A stretch of DNA of 64,000 bases, taken from positions 2,542,001-2,606,000 of the forward strand of contig OX337234.1 in NCBI GenBank assembly GCA_946965045.2. The letters are read 5' to 3'. Under the pieces are notes generated by a model, which was not told the DNA's origin, searched no databases, and saw nothing but the letters and a program-made list of their open reading frames with translations. This document shows positions 52,938 through 64,000 of the stretch, in pieces. Every line of letters begins with the position of its first letter. Position 1 is the stretch's first letter. The stretch is from Epithemia pelagica. Taxonomy: Eukaryota > Protista > Bacillariophyta. A program made the position numbers and the translations under genes.

Positions 52938-55900
52938 GTATCATCACCCAACAGCACGAGAGGGCAGGTTGCGTCATGCGTTTATCAATCAGACGATCGT
53001 TATTAGTATGTTGAATGTCGTTAATACGTCAGATAAACTATAGAACTAGTTGCAACCTCAGGCTTTGTTGGTTGGGGATATGTATAAGTTGCACTGGTTG
53101 GGCAGTTGTGGTTCATCGGGTCTGAGCTACTTCCGCATTTCATGAGATGGGATCATCGTTTCCAGTCCGTGTAATTGGACTTCTTCTTATATGAGGCTAT
53201 GTGACGGAGTCCTGACATCTCCGTGATGTCATGAGATGACGTCATAATGTGGAAGATAACGTTGTCATGTCACGGAATGGAATATTTCGTCGTCAGGCAG
53301 CTGACTATGGTGCCCTTGGTGGGGGCTAGACACAGATCTTTTGGAGCGGCGCAGATTCGGGGGGGGGGGGGTGGTAGCTGCACAGTGTAATATATTATAT
53401 AAAATAAATCGCATTTGTGTGATCACGGCGTGCAATCGCTGGAGAAAACAGTACCTGTGCTACCTGGATGCAAATTTCATAGTAGGTGACTAATGGTAAT
53501 GCTATGGCCATGGCAAAAGAATGGACCCAGTTGAGCTAAGGTTGAAATTACAAAAGTAACAATAGAACAGTACCTGTGCTACCAGGATGATATAGTGATG
53601 GCAAAAGGATGCACCCAGTTGAGCTAACGTTGAAAGTACAAGAAGCAATGGACCTTGTAGATCATTCGTTATTCTGTTGATAAAGCCACGAATCGAAGTC
53701 GACCATGGTATCATAGAGTTTGGAACCAGAGTCTGCTATTTTGTCTCTGTGTACATGTAGCAAGGGATCTTGAATGTTATTTTCCAAGGAGTATGCATGC
53801 TTGTTTCAAGAGGGAACGGTAGAAGATTGGATGCCTTTTGGCAAACTCATGAGGGGATACTTCGGGAAAGCGAGTCTTGAGAAAAAGGAGAAAGAGGTGG
53901 ACACCGAGAGGAGGGGACTTCGTAATCTTCTTTGTGCTTTACAGATGATAAGACAGACTTGTCGTCAGATAGAGCCCTGATATCATGCACAGACATCTTT
54001 CCATTGAAAGTTTCCATCGAAAGCTTGGTTGATTGTGAACAGATGCAGGATATCGCAATAATGAGATTGCTATTGCATGGGATGGGATATGTCATCCTAA
54101 CGCAATGAGATCACATGACATGTGGAATTGTGGGATCATAGTAGGTACGTCATTTTTTTACTAACTCCATACCAGACTGTGTAGGTAGTTCGTCTCACAT
54201 TTTTATACTACAGTAGAAATTTTTTGTACGACCGGGAAGTAGTTTCGTGCGAGTCGCGCGGTTTCCCTCTCGTGTGTGACACTTGTGTGACACTTGTGTG
54301 ACACTTTGTGACATGGCTTCCAGGAATTTCTCACTACCTACACAGCTTGATAGGGAGTAAGTTTACGCCCTCCTCGACCATTGCCCTCCTCGTCATTCTA
54401 CCCTCCGCGCCGGGCGCGCCCGACGCGAGAGGACGGCCAGACACAGGGAAGTATTAATACTACTTCTAGGTAGATGACGTGACTGTCATTTTATGAAATG
54501 ATATGTCGTTGCCACAGTCTAGGGGAGACGGTACAAGGAGAAGGTAAAAAGTGATGCCGCGTGTAGTCCTCCTGCGAGCAATGGGTAGCGTTAACATAAG
54601 TGCTAGTAACTATGTGCTGTTGAAATGTAGGGAATCGCTTTAAGTCATGCACCCTAAACATGACACTACCATAGGTAGTTCTGCTCTATTTCAACATGAG
54701 GGGAATCGACCCATCCTTCGACTCGAGTCCGCCTAAAGCAAACCTCTCAGGACCAGTATCGATGTGCAAACCTCACACATTGGTTGGATTATAATGTAAG
54801 CTATAACCACTAGGCCAAGATGTACCTAAGAGATCATGGAATTATCACATTTTATTCCATTGGACGAGAGATCTCCCAGCACCTATAGCAATATGATAAC
54901 GGAATACGGAAATATACCACAAATATACTTCAATCGATTCAGTATTTTGGCTCAAGTTGGTATGTATTCATTTTATTCCGTAGAAGGAGAAATCCCCGAA
55001 CGCCTGTGGCAATATAATATTGGAATACGCAAATATACCACAAATATATGTTCACCGATATATAGGATATAAGGAAGATTCTGTATTGAGTTTTGAGGCT
55101 CGGGGGAATTCTACCATATGGTATGGTAGCAGATGACACACGACAGGAAGGAAATATTCCATCCTATGAGATGAAAACGTCACGACTGTGATGGTGTCGT
55201 TAAGGTTGCACCTGGATCTCTAGCCTATATCACACTCAAGAAATCAGAATAGGTAGATCTCTACCAATCATCAAGCGTCGAGATATGTCATACGTCTATA
55301 ACAATCGCTGACGTACCATGTATTACCCATCAGTCTCGGCGATATATCATGGCATGACATGGAAACGTCATTGATGAACGGTGACGTGAGAACTGTCTGC
55401 ACTGCCCGACCTGGCATAAATAGGTACGCCAATACCTAGCTGTATCCGAAAGACAATGACTGCGATATCTGATGCCATGACATGGTGAAGCGTGTAACAT
55501 ATGCTGATGGCATGCATCTAATTAGGTTGATAATTCCGTGTCGGTGTACGTTACTGAGTACAATCACTGAATCTCCCATGTCGTGAAATGGCACTCTTAT
55601 TGCTGCATCATCTGTTATCTAGAGTAACAAGTCAGCCTAACTACGGAACCTCGGAGTAACAGTAGCTAAAGAGGTGTCGCACGTAGTTAACCTGCTAGCA
55701 ATGGGTAGATAGTAACTATGTGCTAGTATAAATCTTTGGTGCAACTGAAAACTGTGATTTCAACGTCATGAAATGACATCGACACGAGACATCATAAATA
55801 GTGATGTAGAAAGCATAGCTACGCATTCGACAAGACGTAGCTAAACGACCACCTACGCACCGATCGAAATCGAACACGTCTCCGAGATATTCATGGCATG

Positions 55901-56684
55901 AGATGGAAACGTCATGGACGAAGGGTGACATGAGAATTTTGTGCACTACTGAATCTAGGTACTAAGTAAATACGTCTTAATCAAAAGCGGCTGACGTTAC
56001 TGAGTACAATCACTGGATCTCCCATGTCATGAAATGACACTCTTGCTTCATCATCTGTTATGTACGGCAACAACTTAGCGTAGCTTATACTACGCAGCGA
56101 CTGAAAACCATTATGTCTGAGATGAATTCATGGGATTGAGATATCTCATGTCATGACATGGAAAAGTCAGCGATGAAGGGTGACGTGAGAACTATTTGCA
56201 CAGTTTGCCAGCAATGAAGCTAAAAAGTTATCGCGCGTAGTACGAAGGTACAGAGCATTCCTGCCTATCAATACTAATTCTTGTTACAATAGGTAGGGTC
56301 TACAAAGTACTCCTATCTGCTTGCCCACATCGCCGAGTAAGGATCTATGTCATCGGAAGGCAGGATCTCATTCCTTGACATGACGTAGCCAAACCTAGAA
56401 GGCCGCACTAATGACGTCTCCCATACGTTGGTAGAACGTTTAGTATATGTATCTTTGAGAGGGACAATGACTGGTGTTTGTACATCTACATTCATTTGCA
56501 CCGCAACTACATATCATCCTTAGATGCTCTTACTTGTGCTTTGACAGGGTACTAAGACGATGCGACATACCACGCATCATCTTCAAGATTCCAGATCTGT
56601 AAATCATGTCACATTGGTTAATCCCTTGCGAGCAGCAAAAGCTTTATCTTCACTTCCTGTCGCCGCAAGTACGCCAACGTACCT

Positions 56685-59600
56685 TGACTGCTTCGGTGTC
56701 GAGTGGAGTTGGGACACCCCTCACTGAGCAAACGATGACGTTTGGAGGTAGTGCGTCACACATTCCATGGGATGAGATATTCCTCTACATTTGCCTTGTA
56801 GAGACTAACAATACCACCAATCACAGACAGGTGCTAGCACTGACGTTAGGATTAGTTAACACACGACTGCATCGGTCTAGAAACACCAGTCACTGAGTGA
56901 AGTATGACGTTTGCTAATTCACCACCAATGGTATGAAAATCTAGCGGAAACTGAAGTAGTGCGTCACACATTTCATGGGATGGGAGATACCATGTCAATG
57001 GATATTGATTGTGATGTCAAAATGTGACATCGATTTCAGAGAACCTGCGATGTGACGTTGTCATGAATCACTTACCAATGTTATTGTTGGTAACATGTAT
57101 CCGAAGTGATTGACTGAAGTCATAAATTAGCATAACTTGCAACAACATCATGGGTAGGAACACACGCAGCACCCCTGCCAACAATGGCAAAGACAAAATA
57201 ATCCCCAAAAAAGTCAAAGACTCCATTGAGAAGAAAGCCCCATCACGAAACTCTATGATTTTCTCCAGCGATGATTCGGAAGACACTCCTACAATGTCAC
57301 CACCAATGGTGACGGCGTATGACAAAATGGAAACGGACTCATTTAAAGACATGAAAGAAAGTTTGAAGACCCAAGATATAACAGTCAAGATTACCCCGGA
57401 CAAGAATGATGATGACAGCAACATTATCGAAGACAGTGATGACGATAATATGATTGTGATGTCGCCGAAGAAACTTCATCCGTCTCCAGTGTCAAAGACA
57501 GAGATGAACCTGAAATTTTGTTCCGGCGGCCCCAATAAATCTGTCGACGCCAAAAATAACCTTGCTACGAAAACAAGATGCATTAGGCCATTAACAATTC
57601 CTTTTCGATATTGCGACGACGACGAAGATTCTGAACACATGATTCCTGAAAACACTGATGAACAACAAAATGACGAAATACCGTCCTCTATGTTGCAAGG
57701 GGAGGATATCGATGACTTCCTCTCTCATATTGAAAGCGACCTCCAAAATTTTGATCCTACCAATGAAGTTTCTCCGGACGCATATCAGACAGACTTTATT
57801 CCAGAATCCATTTCCTTCACGGCAGTTCGTGCATCAGGAGGCTACATGTGTGGAACATATGGAATTTGCAAATTACCACACACCTATTCCGATGAACAAC
57901 AACCATTTCTCCCTCAGCATTCTCTTCAACAATCCTTAACTAGTGAAGAGCAACCAGCAGAAGAAGACCTGTACATCGAGGATCGACCACCAGCACAGCA
58001 AGACATTATTAAGGTGTTATTAGAGCACAGATCCTTGCTCCCCGATCGTTGCGTAACTGTTCTGTCCGCGTCTAAACGCCTTCCGGACGCAAATGGATCT
58101 GCTTTAAGTATTTGTCTGTGGGCAAAAAAAGCTGGCCTTGCTTATGACCAGACAAGAGCTTTCCAAGTGTTCACCAGCTGTTTTGTTCTTTCATTTTTCC
58201 GAGATGCCAAGATGCCTTCAGCTGCACGTACTCGAAGCCAAGCATTTTTGAAAGAAAAATTGCGATTGATGAAGCTAGCTGGCAAATTACCCATTCCAGC
58301 TACCCAACAAAGAATGAGTAATTTCAAAGAGAGCAATCTTGTTTGCTTTCTTCATGGACCAGGCGGAAATGGAAAATCAGCTGTTCTTGAAATGCTACAG
58401 TCCTACGCTCGTGAATACTGCAAATTCCTTGGATATGAGTATACGAAATGGACGATTATTGTTTCTGCAATGAGTGGTGTTGCTGCAACACTTGTTGGTG
58501 GTTACACTACTCATTCAGCTGTACATCTCAACAAGTGCATCTGCAACATACCATTTGAGGACAAAATACGTTGGAAACAAACAAGATTATTAATTGTCGA
58601 TGAGATCTCCTTTGCATCCAAGTCGGATGTACAAAAACTTGACGCTCGCGTCAAATACCTGAAGGACAGTCCTATCCAGAAGTACGGAGGACTTGATATT
58701 ATCTTCTGCGGTGACATGCGTCAGTTGCAACCTGCTAATGGTTATATGAGAATTTATGATGAGGAATTCCCCGAATTTCATGGGAGTGTTAACTGCTACC
58801 TTGAACTGAATGGGATGCACATATTTTCAGGTGATATGGCATGGGGGAAACTTTTGAGTCGATTTTGCAATGGAGAATTGACGTCAGATGATGTTGATCT
58901 TCTAAATACAAGGGTAGTTGACCAAAACAACCTGAGTCTTCCAGTGGACCTTCGGTATGCATGCTTCAAGAATATTGATCGGGTTTCAATTAATACATGG
59001 CTGTTTCTGAGTCATGTTCAATCAGCCCCGGACACAGCATACATCAAGAAGAACTGCATTCTTATTTTGTCCAGCAATCTTCAGATTAAAGAGGGCGATT
59101 GCCAATATCGTTCACCATCAAATGGATGGGAACATTATTTTTGGCATCATTGTGGTGAAGGGTATTGCAAACCAACAAGCTTTTCCGGTCGGTTTGATCC
59201 TGCTATGTTGCTTTTCTACAATCGACCAGTTATGGTCACCAACAACGAAAATGTCGAGAAGATGATAGCAAATGGGACACGTTCATATGTCCGGGCTGTT
59301 CATCTGAAACCTGGAGAGTCTTATACTATGTGTTCTGTTGACTCTATTTCAATTCCAACAGTCAGAGCAGACCAAATACAAAAAGTGGTGCTTGCCTTTG
59401 AGAATTCCTCTTCAACAGATGAGACATTTGAGCTGGTTCCTAAAGAGCATACATTCATTGCTGATGTACCATATCCAAAATCACTTCAATGCGGAAAAAA
59501 GGAATCACGGCTGACACTTCACATGCAAGGACTTCAGCTCCCCTTTATCTGCAACAATGCAACAAAGGGTCATAAACTTCACGGTGCGTCAGTTGCATCG

Positions 59601-60795
59601 CTGTTTGTACATACCCGGTCAATGGTTGAAAATTGGTCCCATGTCGTTCTCTCACGAGTACGCACAATGACAGGACTTTATCTGAAAAAACCTTTGGAAA
59701 AGAGACTCCTAATGTACCACAAGTCTACAAGAACCTGATCAATTTCATGAAAACAAAAGAGGTTCAACCAATTTCCAATGACGACTACAACATCTTATTC
59801 GAGGGTGAAAATGAAGGCATAATACAGTCTCTCTTCCACTAATACAAATACAATTGAAAAAGACTTCGGACCAAATATCCGACAGAAATGGGATGTCCTA
59901 TTTCCTAGCGGGCTCCTCTTTACCAACTACCATCGTTATTTGTCAATCACCTTTCATAACATCTTACCCATCGCGGATGCGTCATGCACTACGAGTAAAG
60001 ATTTTGTGTTTCAACTTCCAATATCCTCACTTACCAGACGTGCGACCCAAGAGACGTCAGTTGCCCCACTTACTAAGCTAGCTTCTAGCTTCTAGCTATT
60101 AGTTTCCTCGCTCCTCATTTTGTGTGGAGCCGGGCGCGTCGGTCGATGTCACCCAAGCGGGTGCGCGCGGCAGCGTTAAAATAGACTGTACCTTTTTTTA
60201 GCTTCTAGCTATAAGCTTTTCATCCTGGTAAAACAGGTAGTGTTTTCTTCAACGGATGCGCATACCTCTAGCTGCAGGTGTTTTTCAGCGCATACCTAGC
60301 TAGCTCCAGCAGGGGAGCACCTAGGTAGAGGCGATTTTGCTTCCAATCTTGCTACCTTTCTATGGGGTGAAAGTAGATTTTGTTGGCGGGCTGTGCAAAG
60401 AGTTCTCACGTCACCCTTCATCCGTGACGTTTTCATATCGTGGCGCGAGATATCGCAATCAGATGAATTGCTCTTGCACATGATGGCTTCAGACGTACGA
60501 CCGAACTAGATTTATAGGACGAGGATATGTGTGTTCCATCATCTGACACCACCTAGTTGTGGCCGTGGACAGCGTGTCGTGCAATGCCTGCCGTCATGTA
60601 TCCGACAAGATCGTCATAAGTAAATTGCAAAACCTCATTTCGGACCTCACACATCCAACCTGTTGTGGACATATAAATTGGTAGGGAGAACATATACATG
60701 ACTGCTTCGGTGTCGAGTGAAGTTGGGACACCCCTCACTGAGCAAACGATGACGTTTGGAGGTAGTGCGTCACACATTTCATGGGATGAGATATT
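56685..60795 (+). repeat. 97-bp direct repeats (56685-56781, 60699-60795) bracketing the Pif1 gene
   Basis: TGACTGCTTCGGTGTCGAGTG..GATGAGATATT, two mismatches seen, offset 4014. Confidence 0.9.
57150..59738 (+). CDS. PIF1: Pif1-family SF1B helicase of Helitron-associated type, without a recognisable HUH Rep domain; some motifs degenerate
   Basis: FLHGPGGNGKS, AMSGVAATL..TTHSA, LIVDEISF, YGGLDIIFCGDMRQLQP, PVMVTNN..IANGT, NATKGHKLHG, HVVLSRV. Confidence 0.85.
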   Translation: MGRNTRSTPANNGKDKIIPKKVKDSIEKKAPSRNSMIFSSDDSEDTPTMSPPMVTAYDKMETDSFKDMKESLKTQDITVKITPDKNDDDSNIIEDSDDDNMIVMSPKKLHPSPVSKTEMNLKFCSGGPNKSVDAKNNLATKTRCIRPLTIPFRYCDDDEDSEHMIPENTDEQQNDEIPSSMLQGEDIDDFLSHIESDLQNFDPTNEVSPDAYQTDFIPESISFTAVRASGGYMCGTYGICKLPHTYSDEQQPFLPQHSLQQSLTSEEQPAEEDLYIEDRPPAQQDIIKVLLEHRSLLPDRCVTVLSASKRLPDANGSALSICLWAKKAGLAYDQTRAFQVFTSCFVLSFFRDAKMPSAARTRSQAFLKEKLRLMKLAGKLPIPATQQRMSNFKESNLVCFLHGPGGNGKSAVLEMLQSYAREYCKFLGYEYTKWTIIVSAMSGVAATLVGGYTTHSAVHLNKCICNIPFEDKIRWKQTRLLIVDEISFASKSDVQKLDARVKYLKDSPIQKYGGLDIIFCGDMRQLQPANGYMRIYDEEFPEFHGSVNCYLELNGMHIFSGDMAWGKLLSRFCNGELTSDDVDLLNTRVVDQNNLSLPVDLRYACFKNIDRVSINTWLFLSHVQSAPDTAYIKKNCILILSSNLQIKEGDCQYRSPSNGWEHYFWHHCGEGYCKPTSFSGRFDPAMLLFYNRPVMVTNNENVEKMIANGTRSYVRAVHLKPGESYTMCSVDSISIPTVRADQIQKVVLAFENSSSTDETFELVPKEHTFIADVPYPKSLQCGKKESRLTLHMQGLQLPFICNNATKGHKLHGASVASLFVHTRSMVENWSHVVLSRVRTMTGLYLKKPLEKRLLMYHKSTRT

Positions 60796-61378
60796 GTTTC
60801 ACTCGGCCGAAACGAGGAGTTCGTTGTTGCGTTTGGTGTCGTTGTCGTTACAATCTCGTTGGAAGACCAGATCTCATTTCATGACATGCCACAGTCAAGT
60901 AACGTGGCTGAGTATCATTGATAGTGCGTCAGGATTATAAGTCTAGGTGTCAGAAACGTAGGCCACAAATAGGATGCTCCTAGTTCAATCTGGGATAAGT
61001 CACGTAAAACACATGTGTCACAGTGGTTTGCAGTTTCATCCCAAGATATTGGATACTCGTATCCCATTTCCAGAAAAGATTTTGACTGCTACCTGTCAAC
61101 TGAACACATGCGTCAGAATCAATACCTTATGTTTCTGACTCGCGTCTCACTCTGAATAACAAGTGCGACTAGATTATGAATCATGAATCTTTTATATTAA
61201 ATAGAACTATCATCTGTTGATGTGACACAGAAAACGACAGACGCAATTTCAACATCTGTTGGACTATTTGGAGTTTGTTGGTAAAGACACAAGTTCTCAA
61301 CAAAATCGCGTGCTGAAACATCAATCCTGAGGATATCGATATCTCTCATCCTATGGCTTGACTGAATTCAGTTTCATC

Positions 61379-62016
61379 ATGGAATTCCTTGAAATTGCGG
61401 AGTGTTTGCTTTCATTGAAAGAAGGCATAGATCACCCATGGCACCATAGAGATTCAAAGCATCAGACTATGCGGACGATCAACGCCTTACACAATTTCTA
61501 CCGAAAAGTGGAAGATCTACAAGATTACAGGAAAAAATTCGGGAACTGCAATGTCCCACAAGTGTTTAACGACAATCAACCTTTGGCTAACTGGTAAGTG
61601 TTTAATGCGTGTATTTGTAAATAAAATGGCATGGTAATCCTAATAAGAATGTTGTTAGGGTTGCACGCATCAGGCGGGAAAAGCGAAAATTTGATGAAGG
61701 ACGAAGAACGATTCTTGACAAAGAAAGAATAGAGTTTCTCAACAATCTAGGATTTGATTGGGGTCAACGAAGAGGCGACGACCTGTGGAACAAGCGTTAC
61801 AACCAGCTCAAGATATTCCAACTCAAATATCATCACACAAGAGTGCCAACAAAGTCAAAATTGCTGGGCCGTTGGGTTAGTACACAACGAGACCAGTACA
61901 AAAAGATGAAAATGGGGATGAAGTCACTCATGACTCCAAGAAAAGTAGCTCTTCTTGAGCAATTGGAGTTTTGTTGGGATTGTGAAAAGCCTCGGGGTAA
62001 AGGTACCGGTTCTTAA
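61379..62016 (+). CDS. Small protein with two helicase-associated (HA) domains; intron 61594-61658
   Basis: LQDYRKKFGNCNVP..LANW|VARIRR..ERIEFLNNLGFDW and WNKRYNQL..HHTRVP..LGRWVSTQR..LLEQLEFCWD. Confidence 0.88.
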
Positions 62017-62370
62017 TATAGTGAATGACTAGTTACTTTGTTGGTATCTTGGTCTTTGAGACGATGCCGCAGACTCTGTCGGATGGCGATCTCCCATGTC
62101 ATGAAATGGCACCTATGTGCGCACCTTTCACCCTTATGTCTGGCATCGATTTCATCGCAGGGTAATATCGCATGCTATGACATGGCAAAATCATTTGTGA
62201 AGGATGACGTGCATCATGCATTCAGGCCGAGACACCATTCGACACAAGCAGACAGCCCTCTTGTGAACTCAACAGGTGGCCACTATCCCTGCCGGCTTCT
62301 ATTCTAGGTTTCCTGACCTTGCCAGTCAAATACTGCACGCTTCTATTCCAGGTTTCCTGACCTTGCCACT

Positions 62371-63193
62371 TACATAGACATATCACGTCACCATTACGTT
62401 CCCATCTCATTGCAAGGCCGGATCTCAGTTCATGACATGCCACAGTCATTGGTGAAGGGTGACGTGTGCACCAAATCAAGACATGAACAGCGCTGGAGAA
62501 ACCGCAGTTGCGCATTACTCCTAAAATGTACTCCTAGCTGCACTGTGGAGAGACCGCAGTTGCGCATTATTCCTAAAAGCTGCACTGCGACGGTGTTCTA
62601 GGCTCTATAGCTTCTAGCTGAGCTTTACATCCTGGTAGCACCACCTACATAGACATATCACGTCACCATTACGTTCCCATCTCATTGCATGGCCGGATCT
62701 CAGTTCATGACATGCCACAGTCATTGGTGAAGGGTGACGTGTGCACCAAATCAAGACATGAACAGCGCTGGAGAAACCGCAGTTGCGCATTACTCCTAAA
62801 AATGTACTCCTAGCTGCACTGTGGCGAGACCGCAGTTGCGCATTATTCCTAAAAGCTGCAGTGCGACGGTGTTCTAGGCTCTATAGCTTCTAGCTGAGCT
62901 TTACATCCTGGTAGCACCACCTACATAGACATATCACGTCACCATTACGTTCCCATCTCATTGCATGGCCGGATCTCAGTTCATGACATGCCACAGTCAT
63001 TGGTGAAGGGTGACGTGTGCACCAAATCAAGACATGAACAGCGCTGGAGAAACCGCAGTTGCGCATTACTCCTAAAAATGTACTCCTAGCTGCACTGTGG
63101 AGAGACCGCAGTTGCGCATTATTCCTAAAAGCTGCAGTGCGACGGTGTTCTAGGCTCTATAGCTTCTAGCTGAGATTTACATCCTGGTAGCAC
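62371..63193. repeat. Tandem array, 275-276 bp unit, 3 near-identical copies
   Basis: TACATAGACATATCACG recurs at 62371, 62646 and 62922. Confidence 0.97.
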
Positions 63194-64000
63194 AGGTAGT
63201 GTTCCTCCAGCGGATGCGCATACCTCTACCTGCTAAGCGTGTTCCAGCTAGCTCCAGCAGACACAAGCTGTTCCCGCAGACACTTCTCACGTCATCCTTC
63301 ATTGATTATGTTTCCATGCCATGGCATGAGATATCACAGTCGGATGAAGTTATGTGTAGTTGGCCAACTCAATTCAATTACAATTACACCTACTATTTGC
63401 AATGTCACCGTGTTTAAGATGTCTGATGGTACTTAAGACTAAGCGCGTCAGCCGCTGTTATAGACGTACCACCAAAACTTGACACATCATCATGATTGAA
63501 TAAGAGGTAACCTAGTATCATAGATTTGTACGTTTCAATGTCAAAGCATGACATATTGCGATTCCATGAATTGGTCTCGGGCATTATAGCTACGTCTTGT
63601 CGATTGGTTACCTAGCTAGCTTACTCTTTTTACCTAATACTAAGGGATTATTCTCGCTCCACTTGCCATATTTCGTCGTCTTTCGTTGTATTTGGCTACT
63701 TTCCTAACAAATATGTCCCTTACCACACGACAACTAACCACGATCCCTACAAGACCAAATTATACGAGACAAAATTCATTCATCACCTCATAATTTCCTA
63801 AATATGGAAGCACGTATTGACGAAAGCAGTGCATCCCAGGCCGCTGCTGGGGATTTGGGTCAACTACCATACACCGATTCTGCTATAAAAGAACGGGATG
63901 ATGCAGGTCCTCCAACTCTGTTTCCTGATATTAGAGGCATGGAGCAACGCACATTTTGGAAAAAACCGTACTCCTGAGCAGACCACTCGAATTAACAAGT

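Larger units (their letters stand above)
53437..63345. repeat. Mosaic of dispersed 45-100 bp repeat modules in both orientations around the helicase and HA genes
   Basis: About 60-bp module GATAT.TCATG.CATGA.ATGGAAACGTCA..GATGAAGGGTGACGTGAGAAC at 55341, 55886, 56140 (+) and 60392, 63284 (-); CATCCTGGTAGCACAGGTAG module inverted at about 53450/53570 versus 60222/63179. Confidence 0.8.

Noticed and set aside
60040-60200. Helitron 3' terminus (hairpin plus CTAG) after the Pif1 gene
   Set aside because: Several CTAGs and GC-rich patches exist, but none forms a clear hairpin at the expected spacing; a similar patch near 54400 is equally ambiguous
63804-63977. 57-codon ORF at the right edge
   Set aside because: Too short and featureless; may continue via a frameshift or intron outside the window

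Overview
Eukaryotic nuclear DNA with short GT-AG introns, signal-peptide/transit-type N-termini and diatom-like retroelements; most likely a pennate diatom (inferred, not database-checked). The window has two blocks of ordinary genes: about 0-7.3 kb (partial organelle-targeted ORF, CREG, UNC50, small FN3-CaaX gene hosting an intronic C/D snoRNA, RRP9, DUF1279-like) and 44.5-49.6 kb (coiled-coil ORF, second DUF1279-like, RBBP6/Mpe1). A transposon-dense region lies between them: a high-GC GT34 island, a copia remnant, a full-length copia (TA..TA LTRs, AACAT TSD, apparent half-tRNA-Asn primer site, extra ORF0), two hAT elements with 8-bp TSDs, a Crinkler-like NTPase, several non-autonomous TIR elements, and a DIRS-order tyrosine-recombinase retrotransposon. 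The last 14 kb is a repeat mosaic around a Rep-less Pif1 helicase, an HA-domain gene and a 2OG-Fe(II) oxygenase. The best candidate for a new system is mobile elements carrying possible nucleic-acid or chromatin-modifying folds: a spliced 2OG-Fe(II) dioxygenase inside a hAT, a second such enzyme with basic SPK repeats, and a degenerate C5-methyltransferase-like domain fused to the YR-element pol. All alignments were made by eye and family calls come from motif recognition; no searches were run.
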